This document shows positions 28,712-37,696 of a stretch of DNA of 58,982 nt, one piece after another. Location of the stretch: assembly GCA_964618995.1 (NCBI GenBank), contig CAZUBQ010000009.1, positions 1 to 58,982 on the forward strand. Direction: 5' to 3'. The notes below the pieces were generated by a model. It saw only the letters and a list, made by a program, of their open reading frames with translations, was not told the DNA's origin and did not search any database. The translations under genes were made by a program, and so were the position numbers. Position 1 is the first letter of the stretch; the number at the start of each line of letters is the position of its first letter. The stretch comes from an uncultured Candidatus Poseidoniales archaeon (GTDB taxonomy: Archaea > Thermoplasmatota > Poseidoniia > Poseidoniales > Thalassarchaeaceae).

Positions 28712-28766
28712 CCGCGTTGTTGTCCGTGTGCATCCCATCACTCACGTCTCTCACCACTTTTTCCGA

Positions 28767-29138
28767 TTATTCGGTATGATCCTCATGCTTGGTATCTGCA
28801 GCGATCTTCTGAACGAGTCCAAGACCCGCCTCACGTCGCTCGTTGATTTCAGCAATCACTTGCTCGTAGTAGAGTCCGATTCCTGCAATCGCAGCCTGCT
28901 CAGGTGTGATCTTACGCAGCTCCTCGAGAACCTTGAGTTCCTCGTCCAGAGAAGTTCCGACATCGACTGTGATGACCTTGCCTTCACCAGAGGTGGCGGT
29001 TTGGTCAAGGAAGCGGTGGACTGACCTGCGCAGCACATCGGTCCGGTTGCGCATCCCATCGAATCCGATGCGCCTGTCGATCTCGAGAATCTCCTCCTCA
29101 GTCAGACGAAAAGAGATCATCACACTCGGCGTTGTCAT
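28767..29138 (-). CDS. ribbon-helix-helix (CopG/Arc-like) DNA-binding protein
   Basis: The N-terminus 'MTTPSVMISFRLTEEEILEIDRRI...RTDVLRRSV' fits the RHH beta-alpha-alpha pattern. ATG 29138 is preceded by GGGAG 12-16 nt upstream; the longer ORF start (29180) sits inside a TATA-like box. Confidence 0.65.
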   Translation of the reverse strand: MTTPSVMISFRLTEEEILEIDRRIGFDGMRNRTDVLRRSVHRFLDQTATSGEGKVITVDVGTSLDEELKVLEELRKITPEQAAIAGIGLYYEQVIAEINERREAGLGLVQKIAADTKHEDHTE

Positions 29139-29177
29139 GGTCGGCCACTCCCGGTTCAAATTGGCAGAACTGCTGCA

Positions 29178-29188
29178 CATATATAATC
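29178..29188 (-). promoter_or_regulatory. TATA-like box (ATTATATATG on the minus strand) upstream of the RHH gene
   Basis: This is the only strongly AT-rich run in the region, about 45 nt upstream of ATG 29138. That is compatible with an archaeal TATA box at about -27 plus a short leader. Confidence 0.35.
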
Positions 29189-29507
29189 TGTATGACAGTC
29201 ATCTGACAATGTATGCTCATTGAATGGGCTCTGAGTCCATCATTCAACGTCTTTTTCCTTCATTGGCCGCTCGATATGGCTCCGACCACGGCCGGGCCAG
29301 TTACTGGGCTCGGTACACTTCCATCCTCGACGCCCCGTTGGTCATCGAGATCACCCACCCCTCCGGAACACCCCTCTCTCGCTCTCCTTCCGCGACCACG
29401 CGCGCGCCCGCGCGAGGCACTGAAGTTCCATCACCTCCATCCGTCACAATCACGACCATCTGTGAAATCTGGTTCGTTGGTGAATCGACCGTCGATTTCC
29501 ATCCGCA

Positions 29508-29516
29508 TGATATAGG
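29508..29516 (+). promoter_or_regulatory. TATA-like box (TGATATAGG) centred ~27 nt upstream of tRNA-Leu(CAG)
   Basis: Position read from the sequence: ATATA at 29510-29514, tRNA 5' end at 29539. The spacing matches the canonical archaeal TATA-to-start distance. Confidence 0.4.
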
Positions 29517-29538
29517 CGCAACCCATCAGGGAACGTAA

Positions 29539-29622
29539 GCAGGGGTCGCCAAGCTTGGTCAACGGCGCTGCGTTCAGGTCGCAGTCCTCAGTGGTTCGCA
29601 GGTTCAAATCCTGCCCTCTGCA
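29539..29622 (+). tRNA. tRNA-Leu (anticodon CAG), class II with a long variable arm, no encoded CCA
   Basis: Manual cloverleaf: acceptor GCAGGGG/CCTCTGC (one G-U), anticodon stem CTGCG/CGCAG with loop TTCAGGT, long variable arm, T-arm CAGGTTCAAATCCTG, discriminator A. Confidence 0.85.
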
Positions 29623-29712
29623 TAACACTCATCGGATGGACGAACAAACGGTGAGAATCAGAGCCAGCGGCGCACGGTGAGGGTGAAATAGGCGGCCCTC
29701 TACGACCGCAGC

Positions 29713-30162
29713 ATGGCACTGGAGTCGAGCCGCGGGCTCTACCTGTTCCTGCGTACTCTGGAGGTGGCTGTGGATGATGATGTCATCACCGAAGATGAGA
29801 TGGCTATTCTCGACATCCTCTCCAGGTGTCTTGACCTCCCCGAGGGAGTGATTGGCGCTTGTTGGGCGGTTGTGCGTGGCTCCATGGCGTCACCGATTTC
29901 CTCTGAGCAGGAGGTGTCGTGGTCAGGCAAGCGCCTAGGGGATGCGACCTGCTACCAGTCGGCAATCATCGCTGCCCTCGATGATGAGGTCATCACCGAA
30001 GAGGAGATGGCGATGCTCGACTGTCTTCGTAGGGCGATGGGAATCCAGACAAACGAGCACGCCATGGTTGCTGAGGCAGTTCTACAGATGATCAACGATG
30101 CTGGTGAAGACAGGCATAGAGACAGGTTCGAAGCATACCTGACGAGCCACCCCCACCGCTGA
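29713..30162 (+). CDS. hypothetical protein with an internal duplication, TerB-like helical repeat suspected
   Basis: Two copies of 'DD(D/E)VITE(D/E)EMA(I/M)LD.L.R.(L/M)' about 70 aa apart. This pattern resembles TerB/DjlA-N-type helical bundles, a weak call. Confidence 0.5.
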   Translation: MALESSRGLYLFLRTLEVAVDDDVITEDEMAILDILSRCLDLPEGVIGACWAVVRGSMASPISSEQEVSWSGKRLGDATCYQSAIIAALDDEVITEEEMAMLDCLRRAMGIQTNEHAMVAEAVLQMINDAGEDRHRDRFEAYLTSHPHR

Positions 30163-30184
30163 GCCGATTCGCAGACGTCGTTCT

Positions 30185-30203
30185 GCGGCTGCTACGCAGC
30201 CGC
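30185..30203. terminator. perfect palindrome GCGGCTGC-TAC-GCAGCCGC downstream of the TerB-like gene
   Basis: Read directly: 8-bp arms with a TAC spacer, 23 nt after the stop at 30160-30162. No following T-tract, so a terminator role is only a guess. Confidence 0.3.
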
Positions 30204-30256
30204 CGACCTTCTAGGGGAAACATACAACATCACCCGCACCTCGTGTCTGTAGAGGG

Positions 30257-33200
30257 TTGCCCTTGCCATACGAGACTGTGAATCGTCGATTGCCAATCAT
30301 CATCGCGCTCGGCCTGAATGTACTGATGCTGCTCGCACTGCTGAGCGTGACTCTTCCACCTGCGCCAGAGGAACTCGAATCGGGTCCGCGATACTCGAGC
30401 AGCCAAGAGGCGCTTCTCTGGGGTCAGAAGGTCTCTGGCACTCAAAGCACGGACAGCGTCGAATCGATAGACATGGATGCCTACGGAAACACCTACGCGT
30501 GCGGCTACTTCTACGGCACCTCCACCTTCGGTTCGTTCACGTTGTCAGGACAGGGACAGGAAGGGTTCGTCGGGAAGATCAACCCCTCAGGAAACTGGGT
30601 CTGGGTGCAGAAGATGGGTGGCAGCAGTTCGGATCAGTGCAAGGATATCGATGTCGACGACGGGGGCAATATATCCATCACCGGATATTTCTACAACACC
30701 GCGACATTCGGAAACACATACCTCTCCGCTCAGGGAGGCAACGACATCTTCGTCGCCAAACTGGACACCAATGGAACATGGCTGTGGGCGGTGAAAGCAG
30801 GAGGCAGCAGCTCTGACTACGGGCACGGGGTTGCAATCGACAACAGTGGACGTGTCTACATCACAGGTTACTACTACAGTTCCGGAACAATCTACTTCGG
30901 TCCATTTACGCTGTCGAGTACCCATTATGATGAAGCATTCGTCGCCGCATTGAATCCAAGCGGTCAGTTCGTTTGGGCGAAGGCCTTGACTTCAAGTTAC
31001 TATCAGAGAGGTCGAGGAATCGATGTCAACGACAACGGAGAATTAGCGATCACTGGTGATTTCAGTTATCGAATTGTCATGGGGGGAAATTGCGGGACAT
31101 TGATTCCCGGTTATTCGTCAAGCAACTACTATCGCCCTTACACTGCAAAATTCAATGCAAGTACTGGAAATTGCATATGGGCGCAGATGGGGCAGCCTCG
31201 AACCTCGTACAATGCATATGCGGAAGATGTGGCGATTGACAACAGCGGTCAGATTGCCTCCACCGGGTGGTTCTACAACAGGATAGATTTTGGCGCCGGG
31301 TATACCTATGTCTATCAGCAGTCCTCTAATTGGGATTGCTATGTGACAAAGTACACCAACAGCGGTGCGAATCTCTGGGCGCAGGCTGTTGGTGGCAGCA
31401 GCAGCGATTACTGCTACGCCATTGACATGGACGAGGCATCGGGTAACATCACTATCGCTGGCATGTTCCAGAGTACCGCATGGTTCGGAAACACCTACAT
31501 CGCCAGCAGAGGAAGTACCGACGCCTTCTACGCTACACTCACCCCCTCTTCTGGAGGGGGATATGTTTGGGACACGATACACCACTTCGGTGGAACCAGC
31601 AGCGAGTACGCCTACGCTGTAGCTGTCAGGGATGGGACGGTTGCATATGGTGGATACTTCCATTCTAGTGCCTACGATGATTCAAACACCCTCACTCTGA
31701 GTAGTATCGGGGGCGCAGATGGCTGGATATTGGTTTATGGAGTTGATTCCGATGGCGATGGAGTGGGCGATGGCACAGATGTCTTCCCCAACGATTCGAG
31801 TCAATGGGCGGATCGGGATGGCGATGGATTCGGGGACAACCTGACAGGATTGAACGGTGACGACTGCCCCAACACTTTCGGTAACTCGACCGGCGGGGCG
31901 GGGGTGTATGGCTGCCCGGACCGAGATGGCGACGGCTGGGCAGACTCTGTCGACATGCTTCCGGATGAACCGACCCAATGGGAGGACACAGACAACGACG
32001 GCTTCGGCAACAACATGAGCGGTTACCAGGGCGATGGCTGCCCGATGATGTGGGGCAACTCGTGGCGTGATCAGTTCGGCTGCCTCGACCTCGATAACGA
32101 CGGCCAGTCGTTCATGAACGACAACTTCCCGAGCAAGAACACCCAATGGAACGACACCGATGGTGACGGATTGGGGGACAACTGGGCTGACAAGACTTGG
32201 AACGTGACGAGGTCGGAACACTGGCCGGGTGAATGGATTGCCGGTGCTTGGCATCCCGACTCGTCTCCGCTCGACTGGGATGACGACGGGTACGAGGATG
32301 GCGATCTGGAAGGGGCCGCCCATCCATGGGATGACTGTGTCTACGAAGCAGGTGACTCCTGGCGCGACTTGATCGGTTGCCCCGATTCCGATGGCGATGG
32401 CTGGTCGGACATCAATGACAAGGTGGATGACAATCCTAGCCAGCACGAGGATCAGGATGGTGACGGATTCGGTGATTCTGCCAACGGATCGATGTTCGAC
32501 GACTGTCCGACTCGCTGGGGTAACAGCACGATAGATCGCTTCGGCTGCCCAGACAACGATGGCGACGGAGTCTCCAACGACAATGACGACTGCCCTACGG
32601 TAGCGGGCTTGCCTTCCAACGGCTGTCCGGACCGGGATGGGGATGGTTACGTGGATCAGGCAGATGAATCAGACGATCCTGTCGACGACTGTCCAGATGA
32701 CTTCGGAACCTCGTACATCGACCGCTACGGGTGTCCCGATGGCGACGGTGATGGCTGGTCGGACGGGAATGACCCATTCCCCAATGACGCCACCCAATGG
32801 GAGGATTCCGACGGTGATGGATATGGGGACAACCCCGATGGGGAGATGTCCGACGACTGCCCGAGTCGCGCTGGTCAGTCGAACCAAGGCGGTGTAATGG
32901 GTTGTGAAGATTGGGACCTGGACGGCTGGGCAGACCACATCGATCCCTATCCACAGAATGCAAGCATGTGGTCCGATGAGGATGGCGATGGCTTCGCCGA
33001 CCAGCAAGGGACGAACATCTCGGACAACTGTCCGGTTGAATGGGGTAACTCGACTCTGTTCCGACGCGGCTGCCCCGACATGGATGGCGACGGGGTTCCC
33101 GACAACCTAGACTGGGATATCGACGGTGATGGATACTCGAACACCGACGAAATGCGATCTGATCCAGTCACCGACCCGTATGACCCCCTAGCTACTCCTC

Positions 33201-33688
33201 TGGACAGCGACAATGACGGCCGCGCCGATGACGTCAAAGCGTCAGAAATATCCAGCAGCTCCCTGATGCAGGACACGTTTGGCAAGGTAGTGACTGGGGC
33301 AGTACTGCTGCTGGTGGTGTTCGCCGTGGTGCTTTCGTTCATGATGGTGAACACCAATACAGGTCGCCGAAACACGTTCGGGCGGCTAGAGGGGCAACTT
33401 TTCGAAGCCGAAGGATTCGAAGGACTCGCCGAGGTCGAGGAGGAACTCGAGGAGTTACTCCGCCGAGGTAGCATCACAGGCTCGCAGGGGATGCTCCTGC
33501 GCCAACAGGTGGATGAGAAACGATACGCGCTCGACGAGGAGTTGCGCGTCAGCCAGCAAGCTCAGTGGTGGGCAGCGATGGGACAACAGAATCAGCAGTG
33601 GGGTGGATGGTACCCGACGACCGAGCAGGCGCAGTGGTATGGACAGCAGGATCAAGGCCAGTATGACCAGTACGGCGGCCAGCAGTGA
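30257..33688 (+). CDS. large surface protein (1143 aa): N-terminal TM/signal anchor, SBBP-type beta-propeller repeats, ~12 TSP3-like Ca-binding repeats, C-terminal TM, coiled-coil and Q/W/Y-rich cytoplasmic tail
   Basis: Repeats such as 'GGSSSDYGHGVAIDNSGRVYITGYYY' (SBBP-like). Periodic 'D.DGDG(W/F).D..D.FP.D..QW.D.DGDGFGDN....DDCP...GNS...GCPD'. TM 'VVTGAVLLLVVFAVVLSFMMV'. Tail 'QQAQWWAAMGQQNQQWGGWYPTTEQAQWYGQQDQGQYDQYGGQQ'. The opening codon is TTG, so the true start is uncertain. Confidence 0.8.
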   Translation: MPLPYETVNRRLPIIIALGLNVLMLLALLSVTLPPAPEELESGPRYSSSQEALLWGQKVSGTQSTDSVESIDMDAYGNTYACGYFYGTSTFGSFTLSGQGQEGFVGKINPSGNWVWVQKMGGSSSDQCKDIDVDDGGNISITGYFYNTATFGNTYLSAQGGNDIFVAKLDTNGTWLWAVKAGGSSSDYGHGVAIDNSGRVYITGYYYSSGTIYFGPFTLSSTHYDEAFVAALNPSGQFVWAKALTSSYYQRGRGIDVNDNGELAITGDFSYRIVMGGNCGTLIPGYSSSNYYRPYTAKFNASTGNCIWAQMGQPRTSYNAYAEDVAIDNSGQIASTGWFYNRIDFGAGYTYVYQQSSNWDCYVTKYTNSGANLWAQAVGGSSSDYCYAIDMDEASGNITIAGMFQSTAWFGNTYIASRGSTDAFYATLTPSSGGGYVWDTIHHFGGTSSEYAYAVAVRDGTVAYGGYFHSSAYDDSNTLTLSSIGGADGWILVYGVDSDGDGVGDGTDVFPNDSSQWADRDGDGFGDNLTGLNGDDCPNTFGNSTGGAGVYGCPDRDGDGWADSVDMLPDEPTQWEDTDNDGFGNNMSGYQGDGCPMMWGNSWRDQFGCLDLDNDGQSFMNDNFPSKNTQWNDTDGDGLGDNWADKTWNVTRSEHWPGEWIAGAWHPDSSPLDWDDDGYEDGDLEGAAHPWDDCVYEAGDSWRDLIGCPDSDGDGWSDINDKVDDNPSQHEDQDGDGFGDSANGSMFDDCPTRWGNSTIDRFGCPDNDGDGVSNDNDDCPTVAGLPSNGCPDRDGDGYVDQADESDDPVDDCPDDFGTSYIDRYGCPDGDGDGWSDGNDPFPNDATQWEDSDGDGYGDNPDGEMSDDCPSRAGQSNQGGVMGCEDWDLDGWADHIDPYPQNASMWSDEDGDGFADQQGTNISDNCPVEWGNSTLFRRGCPDMDGDGVPDNLDWDIDGDGYSNTDEMRSDPVTDPYDPLATPLDSDNDGRADDVKASEISSSSLMQDTFGKVVTGAVLLLVVFAVVLSFMMVNTNTGRRNTFGRLEGQLFEAEGFEGLAEVEEELEELLRRGSITGSQGMLLRQQVDEKRYALDEELRVSQQAQWWAAMGQQNQQWGGWYPTTEQAQWYGQQDQGQYDQYGGQQ

Positions 33689-33739
33689 CGCTGTCGTACC
33701 CCTCTGTGTCATCGGCGCTTCTATGAGGAGTGCCCTGAG

Positions 33740-35083
33740 GTGGCTGGATTAGGTGGGGGCGTGTCGGTCAAGGCGATCAACGACACCATCCATGGCGTCA
33801 TCCATGTCGACGGCGCCTGTAGGGAACTGTTGTCAACACCGGAGTTCAACAAACTGAGCCACATCAAGCAACTCGGTCTTGCTCATCTGGTCTTCCCTGG
33901 TGCACACCACACGCGCTTCGAGCATTCCCTCGGTGTTTCACATCTGGGTGGCAAGATGGCTGATTCTGTGGGACTCGACGCACACGAGAAGCAACTCGTG
34001 GAGACGGCCGCAATGCTGCACGATGTCGGTCATGGCCCTTATTCGCACACTCTTGAGCACATACTGCACGCTCGCGGGGGGATGGACCACATGTCGGTCA
34101 CCGAGGGCATCATCACAGGTGATTACGACGTCCTGCGCGGGGATGAGAAGCGGATATTCTCAGAGCGCAGGAGCATACCTGAGATTCTCGAGAAGCACGG
34201 CATGGACCCCAAAGAGGTCGCCAGCCTCATCCGCGGACCTGATGCTGGTGGCAGTGAGCGCAATCTGCTCTACTGGACCGAGGGCTCAGAGTCGTTCCAG
34301 TCCGTAGACAAAACTCTGGGTAATCTTGTACACGGGCCGGTGGACTGCGACCAGATGGACTACCTGATGCGCGACTCCCACTTCACGGGAGTCAAGCACG
34401 GCATCATCGACCATGAGCGGCTAATCGCCTGCATGGAGCGGCACGCGGACGACGTGGCGGTGAGCGAAGGAGGACTCTCGGCTCTGGAGGGGATGATGAT
34501 GGCGCGCGGCCTGATGTACAGTGCGGTCTACTTCCATCGCGTGACGCGCATCACAGAACTGATGCTATCTCGCGCCGTCGAACGCATGGAGGGGATCGAG
34601 GTCGATCCGGTCGATATGCAGCGGATGGTCGATGCTGAGATCTGGCAGGTGCTTGACCAGGCCGGAGAATTCTCACGCGACATGCTCACACGCATCAAGT
34701 ACCGACAGCTGCTCAAGATCGCAGTCAGCCGCCGAAGGGACGAGTTCGATGAGCCGCAATTGCAACGTCTCATCGAACTGGCGCAGAACAGTACACTCAG
34801 GCAGGAGATTGAAGCTGAGATTGCAGGGCGCGCCGGTGTTCCTGAAGGGTATGTGGCACTCGATGTCCCGAGCGTGAAACTACTGCTTTCGGAACCGCGC
34901 ATGGCGCAGGTAGACATCCGCATCATCGGAGATGATGGCGTCACGCGCTGGTTCACCGAGCACACACCCATCGCAGACGCCCTGCGCGAACGTCAGGTAT
35001 CGCAGTCGGCGATGTACGTCGCCACACTCCCGCAAGCAGTTGACAAGGTGGCCGGAATCGCTGAGCGGGTCATTTTCGCGTGA
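33740..35083 (+). CDS. HD-domain phosphohydrolase (COG1078, SAMHD1/dNTPase-like)
   Basis: 'HHTRFEHSLGV', 'MLHDVGHGPYSH' and 'QMDYLMRDSHFTG' are the HD-superfamily metal-ligand motifs of this family. Confidence 0.85.
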   Translation: MAGLGGGVSVKAINDTIHGVIHVDGACRELLSTPEFNKLSHIKQLGLAHLVFPGAHHTRFEHSLGVSHLGGKMADSVGLDAHEKQLVETAAMLHDVGHGPYSHTLEHILHARGGMDHMSVTEGIITGDYDVLRGDEKRIFSERRSIPEILEKHGMDPKEVASLIRGPDAGGSERNLLYWTEGSESFQSVDKTLGNLVHGPVDCDQMDYLMRDSHFTGVKHGIIDHERLIACMERHADDVAVSEGGLSALEGMMMARGLMYSAVYFHRVTRITELMLSRAVERMEGIEVDPVDMQRMVDAEIWQVLDQAGEFSRDMLTRIKYRQLLKIAVSRRRDEFDEPQLQRLIELAQNSTLRQEIEAEIAGRAGVPEGYVALDVPSVKLLLSEPRMAQVDIRIIGDDGVTRWFTEHTPIADALRERQVSQSAMYVATLPQAVDKVAGIAERVIFA

Positions 35084-35125
35084 ATGCAATGGTGCTGAGC
35101 CACTGTGGCCGTGCGATAAGTGTGA

Positions 35126-36562
<1,437 letters not shown>

Positions 36563-36565
36563 AGT

Positions 36566-36883
36566 TCAAATTGCCGTTGGGGCGACATGGGAGTCGTCCT
36601 TGTCAGAACGATCAGTGACCCTGCTCCATACGTTGGTCATCAGTTCGTCGTGATGCTGCTTGCAGTAGTGGAAGCGCCGGTAGGCTTCGCGGAACGAGTA
36701 GGCCTTCTTGCCGGTAGCTACGAGGTAGCCGTCTGGTGACAACCGGCTGACAATCCCACCTTCGACTTCACAGCCAGGATAGTCGCAGCGCGGGCCGACA
36801 TCATCACGCCCGGGACCGGGATAGTCGCAGCGCATCCCTTCTTCCTCCCCTTGAGTTGGCTTTTCCGGGACGTCATCGCTCAT
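36566..36883 (-). CDS. small Cys/His-rich protein (105 aa) with a duplicated 'RCDYPG' motif, possible Zn-binding
   Basis: 'MRCDYPGPGRDDVGPRCDYPGC' and later 'HYCKQHH'. The duplication is visible in DNA as GGATAGTCGCAGCGC at 36777-36791 and 36819-36833. Confidence 0.5.
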   Translation of the reverse strand: MSDDVPEKPTQGEEEGMRCDYPGPGRDDVGPRCDYPGCEVEGGIVSRLSPDGYLVATGKKAYSFREAYRRFHYCKQHHDELMTNVWSRVTDRSDKDDSHVAPTAI

Positions 36884-36937
36884 CGTCTCAACCTCCCGGC
36901 ATTCCAGTACACTCGGGGCTATTTGGCCTTGCGCCCA

Positions 36938-37378
36938 TTATTCATCCCCCTCCGCTTCGATGACGACCAACGAGACGTTGGCCTGGACGTTATCTCCCGC
37001 GGCACAGTTGATCTCGGTCACGGTTCCCGAGATAGGTGCTGCGACCTCGTTCTGCATCTTCATCGCCTCGAGAACGAGCACCACATCCCCCTCTCGCACG
37101 CTTTGTCCAATCGCCACCTCGACCGTCACCACCTTGCCCGGAATGGTGGTAGAAACGTTACCTGACTTGCTCTTGCGGCCACCTGTCTTCCGTTGGCGCG
37201 GCACCGACACCTCCTCTCCTTCGACCTGAACTTCGAAGGTTTGCCCGTCTATTGTCGCCGTCCACCTGTCGCCGTCTTGGGATAGTTCGACCTCGAATGT
37301 CTCGCCATCCACGGTCACACGGCGCTTTCCGCTCAACTGTTCACCTCCATCTCGCCCGTTTGTTGCGGTGGCTTGCAA
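36938..37378 (-). CDS. biotin carboxyl carrier / biotinyl-domain protein
   Basis: Biotinyl-lysine motif 'VLEAMKMQNEVAAPISGTV' in the C-terminal ~70 aa. The start is uncertain: ATG 37378 overlaps the upstream ORF by 38 nt, and GTG 37318 is an alternative. Confidence 0.85.
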   Translation of the reverse strand: MQATATNGRDGGEQLSGKRRVTVDGETFEVELSQDGDRWTATIDGQTFEVQVEGEEVSVPRQRKTGGRKSKSGNVSTTIPGKVVTVEVAIGQSVREGDVVLVLEAMKMQNEVAAPISGTVTEINCAAGDNVQANVSLVVIEAEGDE

Positions 37379-37685
37379 GGCCCGACATTCCCATTCGGCG
37401 GCGTCGGTGATCCCGAGACCAGGCGCTGCCGAGCCGACGACCGGTCTTGGAGCGGCTAGTCGGCCGTGCTCCTGTCGCTGAGAGCACCGCGATCAGGGCA
37501 GCGGTACGCATGCGCATCAGGCGTGAACTATCCCCTCCTTCAATAGACGCAACAGGCTCGTTCTGCACCGAGACAACAGGATCAGGGGTGTGTTGGTCGA
37601 AATCCTCGAGGTCAGTTAGCGGCCCGCGGGCGTCTCTGAGGATGTGCGAGAGTCCTGTTGCGTAGGACTCTTCCTCCTCGTCCAT
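37341..37685 (-). CDS. possible acyl-CoA carboxylase epsilon-like small subunit
   Basis: The ORF sits immediately downstream of the carboxyltransferase, where actinobacterial AccE/PccE genes lie. 'RTAALIAVLSATG' followed by a basic W/R-rich tail resembles the epsilon 'ELAAL.AVL' motif. The call rests on memory of that motif only. Confidence 0.4.
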   Translation of the reverse strand: MDEEEESYATGLSHILRDARGPLTDLEDFDQHTPDPVVSVQNEPVASIEGGDSSRLMRMRTAALIAVLSATGARPTSRSKTGRRLGSAWSRDHRRRRMGMSGLASHRNKRARWR

Positions 37686-37696
37686 CGGGATTCACC

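Noticed and set aside
28449-28766. The hairpin-rich spacer as SRP (7S) RNA or RNase P RNA.
   Set aside because: I could not find the SRP helix-8 'GGAAGG.AGCA'-type core in the right order, nor the RNase P 'GAGGAAAGUCC' CR-I motif, on either strand. The 'GCAGCAGGAAG...CAGGGUCAGCA' stretch has the elements in the wrong order.
28399-28779. 126-aa plus-strand ORF across the spacer.
   Set aside because: Its translation (…GVPPEGGRGM…GVPEYSGRG…) simply reads through the G/C hairpins. It overlaps the helicase start and has no start-site support.
29190-29250. A possible C/D-box sRNA ('ATGACA...CTGA...ATGCTCA...CTGA').
   Set aside because: The boxes are imperfect and the C-to-D' spacing (about 5 nt) is far from the ~12-nt guide length.
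13570-29622. The 16-kb block bracketed by two tRNA-Leu genes as an integrated genomic island.
   Set aside because: There is no integrase, no tRNA-fragment direct repeat and no obvious compositional break visible by eye. The two tRNAs are different isoacceptors. It might still be a flexible surface-protein region, but nothing here supports mobility.
31740-33230. Periodic DNA repeats ('gatggcgatgg...') as a tandem-repeat or CRISPR-like array.
   Set aside because: The periodicity is about 135 nt, in frame, and encodes the TSP3-like protein repeats. There are no identical direct repeats with unique spacers.
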